64,000 nt of DNA from Vicugna vicugna. Its lineage: Eukaryota. The stretch covers positions 1,798,001 through 1,862,000 of the forward strand of contig MU058221.1 of assembly GCA_013265495.1 (NCBI GenBank), given 5' to 3'. This document shows positions 13,334 to 23,036 of this stretch, piece by piece. The position numbers were made by a program, and so were the translations under genes. The first letter of the stretch is position 1; every line of letters begins with the position of its first letter. The notes beneath the pieces are model-generated. The model saw nothing but the letters and a program-made list of their open reading frames with translations. It was not told the origin of the DNA and ran no database searches.

Positions 13334-13789
13334 TCAGCCTGGAATTTGTGTCAAGAGTCTCTGGGGTTAGAGCCGGTGAATTACCTTAGGTGATTCTGAC
13401 TCACTCTTCATCATTGTGCGACGTGCTGGAGGTAAGAAAAGCAAACAGTTCTGACTGTGAAGGAGGAGTTGAGCTGATTAAAGACACAAGCTATATACAA
13501 GTCGAAAGATGATTAAAATTCTACGGATGTGAGTGTAACAGTCAACACCAGCTCTTGGAAATCAGAGCAAGGAGGTTAGCAGAAAGTTTGACTAAAATCA
13601 GGAAAGCATCAAATCTGGATAAAATATAACCAAAAAAAAAAAAATAAAAACACATATGTTTGAAGACATCTGAGTTCTGATAAAGGAGCCAAGCAGTGAG
13701 GAATCAAATTCTAGAAAGAAGGGAAGCCCGCTGAGGTGTGGCATGCATCTTCCCTGTTGCTTTTACCACCGAGATAGTTGCTGAATCTT

Positions 13790-15180
13790 TTTCAAATTGA
13801 GGTCAGATGTATACAACCTAAAGTTAATTAACCCTTTTAAAGGGTACAATTCAGCGGAATTTAGTGTGTTTACAATGTTATGGGACTGTCATTTATATTG
13901 AATTCCAAAATATTTCCATCATTGCCAAACAGATCTTGTACAAATTCCTCACTCCCCAGCCCCAGCCCCTGGCAACCACTAAGCTACTCTCTGTCTGTAT
14001 AGATTTTACTTATCATGGATATTTTGAGTTAACGGACTCATACAACATGTGTCCCTTTTGTGTCTGGCTTCTTTCACTCAGCAGAATGTTTTTAAGGTTA
14101 TCCATGTTGTAACACGTCCCAGTACATCATTCCTTTTATAACTGAATACAGTTTAATCATATGGATACAGCGCATTTTGTTTGTCCATTCAACAGGTGGA
14201 TATCTGGGTTGTTTCTGCCTCTTTTGACTATTGTCAGTAGTGCTGCTGTAAACATTTGCACACAAGTGTTTCTTTTAATACCTGTTTTCAATTACTTGGC
14301 GGTTTATACCTCGGAGAGGAGTTGCTGGGCCATATGGTAATCTTCTATTTCACTTTTTGTTGAACTACCAAACTGTCTTCAAAAGTGGCTGCACCATTTT
14401 ACATCCCCACTAACAACTTCTCCACATCCTTACCAGCATTTGTTATTTTTCTTTTTTGATGAATCGCCATACTGATGGGTGTTATGGGGTAATTGTGGTT
14501 TTCATTGCATTCCCCTAATGACTAGTGATCTCGAACCTTGTTTCATGTGCTTATTGGTCATTTATATATGTTCTTTGGAGAGTGATTTACTCAAGTACTC
14601 TGCCCAGTTTTTAAAATATATTTTTATTGAAATATAGTCAGTTTACAATGTTGTGTCAATTTCTGGTGTGCAGCACAGTGCACCAGTCACACAGAAACAT
14701 ACATATATTTGTTCTCACGTTCTTCTTCACCATAAGTTACTCCAAGATATTGAATATGGTTCCCTGTGCTCTACCGTATAAACTTGCTGTTTATCAGATT
14801 TTGTGAGAATCCTCCTGTATTTCAAAATGAGACACACTCTGCGAGAGTTCAGTAGGTATCCTGTGTGATTCAGTGGGTTCGTAGATGTAATTCTTGGTGT
14901 ATTTGTGGGAGAGGGTGAGCTGTGAGTCTCTCTACTCCACCATCTTGGCTCTGCCCCCCTCTGCCCATTTTTTAGTTGAGTTGTTTATCTTTTTCTTGCC
15001 AAATTGTAATAATTATACATTCTGGATACTAGACCCTTTCAGATAGATGAATTGCAAATATGTTCTCCTGTACGATAGTTACATTTTCACTTTCTTAGTA
15101 GTATTCTTTGATGCACAAAAATTTTTATTTTGAAGATGTTCAATTTTTTTCTTTTGTGGATGGTTTTTGGTGTCTCACAT
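13790..15180 (-). mobile_element. L1MB-type LINE-1 3' portion
   Basis: cagcccctggcaaccactaa, tgtctggcttctttcactcagcagaatgttt, ggctgcaccattttacatcccc, ttctggatactagaccc. Confidence 0.85.
14614..14958 (-). mobile_element. Mini-L1: L1 5'UTR start (~164 nt) fused to L1 3'UTR end (~180 nt), TSD-flanked
   Basis: Minus strand begins GGGGGCAGAGCCAAGATGGTGGAGTAG...CTCACCCTCTCCCACAAATACACC (L1 5' terminus with YY1-type CAAGATGG). It joins the young L1 3'UTR at 14795/14794. TSD ctctgccca(g/t)ttttt at 14598-14612 and 14959-14973. Confidence 0.85.
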
Positions 15181-15697
15181 GTGTTCATTCTTAACATAAG
15201 GCAAGTGGCTGGGATGCAAGGTAAAAGCAGCTGAAAAAGTGAAGCTGAGGTTTTGTGTTCTTGCTGCTCTAGAGAGAAAAAAAGCTAAAAGAAGAACCCC
15301 CAAGAAGGAAGTTATTAATTTGGGGCCAAAAAAAAAAAGAATTAAATCAAGATAGACAAAGAATATAATCCAGCCTCTAGTCAGCTCCGGCCCTGACTGG
15401 CTAAGGTGAGGAGCCCCACTGGGGCCGCCGGAATCCTGTCTCCAGGAAGGTACTGCCACACAGAACGCCACCTCCCACCCGGGACAAGCAGACTGTAGAA
15501 AATTGCCATTAATTCTGAGAAACAGAACCAGAAGTTAAAAGCCAAAAATAGAACCGACACACGAATATTCCAGGTAAACGCTATTAGACAGAGAGTTGAA
15601 CATGATTGTGATGAAACAGTCAAGAAATTGGGTGACAAGATGGAGAATTTCACTGGAGAACTCGAATCTAATTTTTAAAAATCAAATGGAAATTCTA

Positions 15698-15958
15698 CAC
15701 AGACATAGAATACAGACTTGTGGTTGCCAAGGGGGCGGAGGGTGGGAACGGATAGACGGGATTTCAAAACTGTAGAGTAGATAAACAAGATTATACTGTA
15801 CAGCACGGGGAAATATACACAAGATCTTGTGGGAGCTCACAGAGAGAAAAATGTGACAATGAATATACATATGTTTATGTATAACTGAAAAATTGTGCTC
15901 TACACTGGAATTTGACACAACACTGTAAAATGGTTATAAATCAACAAAAAATGGTAAA
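15698..15958 (+). mobile_element. Young L1 3'UTR fragment with TSD
   Basis: Closely matches 10427-10700. TSD aa(a/g)tg(g/a)aaattcta at 15684-15697 and 15959-15972. Confidence 0.9.
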
Positions 15959-16519
15959 AAGTGAAAATTCTAGAACTAAAGAACACGAAAGCTGAAACTA
16001 AGAACTCAACAGATTCATAGAAAAAGCAGACCGAATGCAACTAAGAACACAATTTGTGAACTAGAAGACAGGTCAGTCGAACATTCGCAGACTGAATCAT
16101 AACAAAAAATATGGAAAATTCAGAAAAGAGCATAAAAGACACTTAGGACAACGTGAAACAATCTTAACGTAAAGGTGATTAGCGTCTCAGATGAGAAAGA
16201 GAGAGGGTGGGCAGGGGCAATGTTTGAGGATATAATGACCAAGAATTTCCCCCAAGTTGAACGACATCAAATCAGAGTCAAGAGTCAGTATAAACCTAAG
16301 CAGAATAACAGATCAAGAAAACCGCCGCGGGCTCATCAGAGCAAGTCTGCAGAGAAGCAGAGACTAAAGAGCAATCTTAGAAGCATCCAGATACCAAAGA
16401 GATACCTGCTCTCCCACGTTCACTGCAAGTTATCCTCAAAAGCCAAATATGGAAAGAACATTAAGTGTCCATTAATGGATGCACGGATAAAGAAAATAGA
16501 CAGGCAGACAGATAGATAA

Positions 16520-16685
16520 TTATAAATATTCTCACCCAAAAAGGTAAGTGTGTGAGGTAAAGGGTGTGATAATTAACTAGATGGAGAAAACCCTTTCACA
16601 ATGTATACTTATCTCCAATCATCATGATACACCCTTTAAATATCTTAAAATCTTGTCACTATGCCTCAATAAAGCTGAAAAAGAA
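16520..16685 (+). mobile_element. L1MA9/L1MA10-like 3' end
   Basis: gtaagtgtgtgaggt...aattaactagatgg...tttcacaatgtatac...cctcaataaagctg. Confidence 0.75.
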
Positions 16686-19019
16686 AGCTACCGGAGGGAA
16701 AATGCACAATGTCCTCAAATGAGCAACAACAAGACTGACAGTTAATTTCTGAAAAAAATGGAAGTCAGGAAAAATGAAGTGTGAATACCATAAAATTGGA
16801 AGTCTGCAACCCAGCAAAAAGATCCTTAAAAAGAGTCAATTTGAAACCCCCTGGAACTGCCTGCACAGATACAGTTTCTCCTTCGCTGCAACGCGGAACC
16901 CTGCCCTTTGTCTTGATGACAGATCAAGACCCTTCTTTTATTTCCTCTTCCACTGGGTGTCATTATCGTGGAGACATAATACTCCAAAAGAGCAAAGACA
17001 GAACTAAATTTAATGAGGGCAAAACACATTTTTCTTCCCCTCAAGAGATAACCTTTGAAATTGTCAATTCTGTATTAAATACTCCAGCCTGGAGTATGAG
17101 CTTACTCCAAAATAGCTGGAAGTTCTTTGTGTCTGGAGGGGAGGGGGCAGAAAGCACTTGGTTGAAAATTTTCTCTTAAAAAAACAAACAGGTAAAAGGA
17201 GGAGATGTCACATAGGAATGGTGAAAGAAAGCTTTGAAGGCCAAGGGCCAAAGCATTCATTTCATGAGATCAAAGTGGCAGCACATTTATGTCTAAACAC
17301 TCTACAATTATGACCATAAACAACTTCGTTTTATAGATGAGTCAATAGAAGCTGAGAGAATTTCAATAATATATTCGAGGTTATTCCGCTGTGTAGCGGC
17401 AGAAGAGGAGTGGCAGGGAAAACCAACGATGTGAGATGAGATAGTGAGAATGACCATGAGGGTTCATTGCACAGATGAGAGAAAAAACGAAACTTCACTC
17501 TATAGCAACTAAAAATTCTTAACAAGTCATCAGATTTGTAGAGTCTTCTCTAGTTACAGAAATAATTTGGGGCATGAGTAAAGATTTTTAAGGGAATGTA
17601 TAAAAAGTCAAAGGGAAATGCAGAAAGGGGAATTAAGAAATACACCAAGAACTAAGAGTCAAGCTCCGTCTCTGATCCTGACCAGCTATCGGACCCTAAA
17701 CGAGTATCTGTCCCCCCCTGGATGTCAGATGGCCATAATGCCCACCTAATTCCCAAAGCTGCTTTGCAAATAAAGTGAGTGGGTAAGCAGCAGTCAAGCT
17801 TTGAACATTATAAGGTGATGTATAAAGGTACAGGATGTTCAGCCGCCAGAGTCTGGGCTGTCAGTCTCAGGAAAGGCGCTGACGTAACTTGAGACGATGG
17901 AAGCCAATAGAAACATGCACGGACCTGAGGAAACCACAAGACCCCTTTTGGTTTTCAAGGGGAGACGGGGGAACAACCCTTCTGAACATCATGACTTCCT
18001 TGTGGTGAGTACCAATTTCCTCGGGAAGATCTTGGTTTAAATATATATATCTCTGACTTGTCTAGACCCTATATTGAGATCTACAGCAGAATGAGTAGCT
18101 TTGCCCCTTAAGAAATCCCTCCCTCTAATTTTACTTTGTTAATTGGCTATTTTTAATCAATGAAACACACACATGGGGATGATTTAGACAAGCAAACAAA
18201 GAGTATGTCCTTAGAAGTATCATTAATTCAAGGGTAAATATAGTTTGGTAGAGAAGTCACACTTCATCAGAATGAAATCCAATGAGAAGTCTCCTGTTGG
18301 GCAGAAGGAAAGGTCACAATATGAGAGGGAGGAAGGGCAAACGAACATGGGACTATGGTCACGGTTCACGGAGCCCTTCCATCATCTCTTCATAGGATGA
18401 CTTCTTCCTGCCTTTGTCGAGGAAGGATCGTAGGATACGGAATTTGGAAAGAAGTTAGCTGGTCATACTCAAGGTGTTCCCTGACTACCCAAAGGGACCT
18501 TTAAGAACCAAAAACTGCATGCAGAATGGCAGCATGGGGGTCAGCAGATGTCGCATTCCGAGCTTGCTCGAGCCTCTCAAACTAAGCAAAGACTACAGCA
18601 GGCCATCCATGGTCCAGCCAAGTCCTGCATCCTCCTCCTTGCCGGAACCCATGACCTAATCTTGGCAAAGTCATCCAACATCTTTTGCCAAATGCGCCCA
18701 CAAATATTTCAAATCACAGTCATAGCTTTTGAGCATCCAGTGATCACCTAACTATTCTGACAAATCTTCCACGATCAAGTATCAGTCAAAGCGGACTGAG
18801 GGGTTGCGGCCAGCAGCAGGTGAATTCACCTTTGTCATTCTAGACTTGGAAGCTCCGTGGGGTTGTTCATGCCGCCAAAGAAGTGTAGTCATCACCAGTG
18901 CTTCTTACCAAATATCCCCAGTATTTTTTCCTATCTGATGGTAAGAGTGCACCCCCCACGTCCTAGGCATGGCCGTGAAATGTGAGCCAGAGACGCACGG
19001 ATTCATTCTGGGCAAAAGC

Positions 19020-20185
19020 TGCCAAGCCACGTGTGTGACGTAGCACAGCCCTCCCCCCTCTGCCGTCGTGAGTGCCAAATCCCACACAGTGGTAGCGCCA
19101 CCAGCCCGGATCCTTGACTAAGGATGGCGGAGCACAGCGTCCAGCTGGTAGGTCAGCATCAGCATGAGCGTGGGGAAAAACAGGTGTGTTCACTGACTGT
19201 TACCAGAGCGTAGCCTAGCTTGGCCTGTCAGACCGACGGGGCAGGGCGGGGGAGGGGGGCAGGAGGCAAAGGCATTGCCGGGGGAAAGCAGAACGAGAAT
19301 GGCTACGGTCACGTGGGGAAATAACCCAGGACTTGGCGTCAGACAAACTGAAGTTTCCTGGCTGTGTGACCTTGGGAATGCTGCTTAACCCCTCTGAGCC
19401 TGTTTCTTCATCAGTTGCTTCCATAAATGAATTAATATTGCCCCAGGATCTGTCACATTGCCAGTATTCATTACATTTAATTGAACCTTCTATGCCCTCT
19501 CCTGCCAACCCACACACACCGCAACAAAATGGAACCCTGTCCTATTGTTTATAACTGGCCGTGGCTGAAATTCCCCCTCTGACGGGGTGAGGAACCATCT
19601 CCGGAGTAAGGACTCTCCTTTGCTGCTCGTGATGCCCTAGAGCCTCGGTGTCTAGGCGGACACTCAGCTGTGCGCACGCTGAAAGCCAAGCCGCCACGCG
19701 CCCAGCGCGCAGAAGAACGACACGGGACGGCGCTGCCGCGGAGCCAGCCCCACGCGCCACGCGGCCGGCCAGGCACGCCCTCGGCCCGCGCCGGGCGAGA
19801 GCGCCAGCGAGCGGCGGGCGGCAGCCCAGGAGCCCCGGGTGGCGCTGAGAACGTCGCTGAAAACGGCCGACTCCTCCCAGATCAGAGTTGCAACTCCTCA
19901 CGTGACTTTGGACCGGAAAGGAGGCATGAAGTCGTCGGGCACCTTGAACGTGCACGGGCACCACCCCGCCACGACGAGTCACGGGCGGTGACGTCTTTCA
20001 CAGCGCAAGGGCTTGGGGAAGAAAAGGCAAAGAAACTACCAGGAAACGGTTATTACGGGAGGCGGATGAGCTAAGCTGACTGGTAACAAAGCGGCGTGCA
20101 TAGGGCGTGTCCCAGCTACGTCACAGGGAGACGATTGGACGCCCACCAAGACAGGGGTTTCTGACGGTTCATAACCGTGTGTTCC
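19020..20185. promoter_or_regulatory. CpG-island promoter, TATA-less, orientation undetermined
   Basis: Dense CpG core ~19560-20130. E-boxes CACGTG 19028, GTCACGTGG 19308, TCACGTGAC 19898. CRE-like TGACGTA 19036, TGACGTCT 19989, TACGTCA 20117. ETS-like CCGGAA 19913. ATTGG (NF-Y) ~20134. MYB-like AACGGTTA 20045 and ACGGTT-cat-AACCGT 20164-20178. GC boxes 19238-19259. Confidence 0.75.
19340..19460 (+). mobile_element. MIR SINE fragment
   Basis: ggctgtgtgaccttgggaatgctgcttaacccctctgagcctgtttcttcatc. Confidence 0.8.
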
Positions 20186-21784
20186 CTTAGGCTTACAGAG
20201 GAACGGAGGAGATGCCTTTTTTATTCCCAAACATGCATTCAGTGACAGTAGCTTGTAATCCGTTTGCTTTAAGTCCCTGCACGTCTGCTGTCACTACTAG
20301 GGCCAGTCTTGCATGTAGGGGGTCTGCAGACATGTTGTGATTTGTAGGATTCTCGGAAAGCCTACTAGTTCAGAATATACAGCTTACCTTTTGTTACTCA
20401 GCCTAGTGTTAGTTTATGAACATCTTTGGGTGAAATAATGTTCTTTTCACCCTGCAAGGAAGTGATACATTAATCCAAGTCACCACCTTGGTGGGAAATT
20501 TGGGTTGCCTTTTGGAGAGACGCTGCAAACCTCTCAGTTGCTTTAAGTTGAATGAAATCTGGAGGTAACAATTTCAGACACTTCACTTCACTAGGACCCA
20601 GCTACGACCGAGAGGATGTAGCCTCACCTCCATCAACCTCACTTTATGTCACATGTAAACTAATAAGTGAACTTGTTTCATTTCGTTGCTTGCAAAGTAC
20701 ACGACTGTAGCCTTTCTCTTCAAAATCACCTTGACATCTTGAAACTTGTGTCGGGTTTATATTGCAACATTCCTTGGTGTGGGGAAAATGAAGGTTTGCT
20801 GCCTGCAAATGAGAGCTCAGAAAATGAGAAAATGATTCCAGTTCTTTCTGCAATTGGAAGTAAGAAAGAAAATGAGATGGCTCCTTTGTGGTTCTTTCAG
20901 CCATAGCTGCGTTTTGCTTTGTCCCCACTGTCCCCTACCAAGAGGGCCCAGGGAAGGTAATGTTTCCTGGGTCCTGTGAAATGTTTCAGTAATGGCTGCT
21001 GTAATTCACACGTTGATTTGTCCTGGGTCACTGGCAAGTCTGATGGATTGTGATGGCTGTACATTCAAAGGCTTTCCCAAGGTTGTCTAGTGAGGGCTAA
21101 TGCTCAGTTCACCCCCAGAACTTATGCGGCAGAGAAGGAAGCATCTATGAGGTGTTCTGCAGCCTTAACCACAGTGAAGACAGCCTGTGATCCCAGGAGA
21201 AGCCCTGTAATCTGCTGGAGGGCAGGGGCTCAGTTTGGCTTACACATGGTCAGTGACCCAGGGAGGGCAGGCAAGGGAATTCCTCAAACCCTTGACTTAC
21301 TTAAGAGCTATGCAACATGGGCAGAAGCTGTGCCATCTGCAAAAAAAAAGGGGGGAGGCAGATTTCTAAAAGGCACCCATCTTCCCACAATGTTCAGAAT
21401 TAAATTAATTCAATTAATTATGATGTTTTTACACTCGTGGATCACAGCCTGGCTAGAAACAGGGAACTTCTTCCTTATAGGAGGAACAATGACCTAGTTT
21501 TCTGTGTTGGTGTGGCCTGTCATTTCCTAATTATGCTCTTTTGTTGGGTTTTTCTCTGCCAGAGCCCAGTGAATGCCAAAGGGGAGGAGAAGATGGGAGG
21601 GCTGCTCCTCAGCAGGAGCAGAATTTATAACTCATGTTCATTTTGGCCATAGGCTGGCTGATTCTGGCTTGTCTAATTTGTGGAGGGTTTCTGAAGGGAA
21701 ACTGGAAGCAGTATCTTGCCCTTCAGTACAGGGATATGATTCTAGTGTCGTGGAGGAGTCGTTAGAGGTCAAAGCACATGAAGG

Positions 21785-22200
21785 GTTCATTCATTTGACA
21801 TTCAACACTGATTGGGAGAACTCAATACAGACTGGGTACAGAGAAGGACACTGCCTTGGCATAAAACCTCTATCAGGGAGGGGAGATGAACAGCAAGGTT
21901 TTCATGTCCATGTGAAATATATAGTATGTCACTATGAGAAGGGTGAGTTATGTTAGGCAAGCAGGGATGGTCTGGGAAGGTCTCATTGAGACGTTTAAGC
22001 AAAAAGTTCTAACAGAAATGAGAGAAAAGAACATGCAAATAAAGAGAAGGTGTTCCTGACAGAGGCAATGGCAAGTGCAAAGGCCCTGAGGTGACAACGT
22101 GCTCCATTTTCAAGTGACTTGCAGGGGAGTTCTCCAGGTTTGCTGGCACCAAGTAATGAGGGGTAGACCAGTACGAGATGACTTCAAAACCTACTGGGGC
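21785..22200 (-). mobile_element. LINE-2 fragment
   Basis: ttcattcatttgacattcaac tail; gtctgggaaggtctc, gtgttcctgacagaggc...gtgcaaaggccctgaggtg. Confidence 0.7.
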
Positions 22201-22511
22201 GGGGAGGTTATGCCAGGCTGTGTAAACCACTGCACACCTGTGGCAGAAGGGTGCCGGGGTCTGACCTCTGTAACTGCTCAGCCGAGCATCCACCAGAAGA
22301 GGGCACAGGGAAGCAGAGCAAGTTCTATAAGACTGTTTCCACAGCCCAGGCAAGAGACAGGTGGGATGTAGAGGCAGAGAGACTAGGTGGGCATTGCTCT
22401 GGCCATTAGAATTTAGGGGCAGTGGGCAAGAGCACAGAGAGGATAAGCAGTTTACATGAATTATCTCAATTATACTGTTATTATAATCGGCAGTGTTGCA
22501 TCTGAGCTGCC

Positions 22512-22650
22512 TTTTTTGTTGAAATAGTCAGTTACACTGTGTTGATTTCTGGTGTGTAGCAAAATGCTTCAGTCATACATACACATGCATATGTTTTCAT
22601 ATTTGTTTTTATTATAGGCTACTGCAAGATACTGAATACAGTGCTTACCT
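22512..22650 (-). mobile_element. Young L1 3' tip
   Basis: gttgaaatagtcagttacactg...tttctggtgtgtagc...ctactgcaagatactgaata; same family as the other young L1 ends. Confidence 0.8.
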
Positions 22651-22934
22651 AGGTACTGAGAAAAATAATACTGCCCACCTTGCAGAGCTGTGGTGAAGAC
22701 AAAGTACAATAACTCTGATGCAGGGCGTGTGATCCGTAAGGAATGACGATGGTTATTAGCATAGGGTTCAATTAGGACAGGCAAAATTTTGTCCACACAC
22801 TACCTACCTGTGAATGTAGATTGATGAAGCTGGTGCTCTCCATCATCCACTTCGTTTAATTTCTTTTTCATAACCAAGCTATTAGTTTATTCTGGCATTA
22901 TTCTTTTCACTTAAAAATGGAGTTTGGAATAGAG

Positions 22935-23036
22935 TTTTTTTTGTTTCTGTTTTCTTTTTCATATTCTTTTTCATTATAGGTTACTACAAGATATTGAATA
23001 TAGTTCCCCATGCTATACAGTGGAAACCGGTTGGTT
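22935..23036 (-). mobile_element. Young L1 3'UTR fragment
   Basis: ttcatattctttttcattataggttactacaagatattgaatatagttccccatgctatacag. Confidence 0.75.

Larger units (their letters stand above)
13590..16420 (+). mobile_element. Old L1M 5' region/ORF1 relic (pieces ~13590-13785 and ~15185-16420) interrupted by younger L1s
   Basis: A-rich ORF1-like text; ORF 16175-16519 reads GAMFEDIMTKNFPQ, like L1 ORF1 IFEEIMAENFP. Confidence 0.6.

Noticed and set aside
19560..19920. Possible structured RNA gene (TERC, RMRP, 7SK, scaRNA2/17, vault)
   Set aside because: No match to the recalled diagnostic sequences (no telomerase template, no convincing box motifs)
19542..20074. Overlapping 134-146 aa ORFs on both strands
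   Set aside because: Arg/Ala/Gly/Pro-rich by-products of a GC-rich island with no recognisable domain
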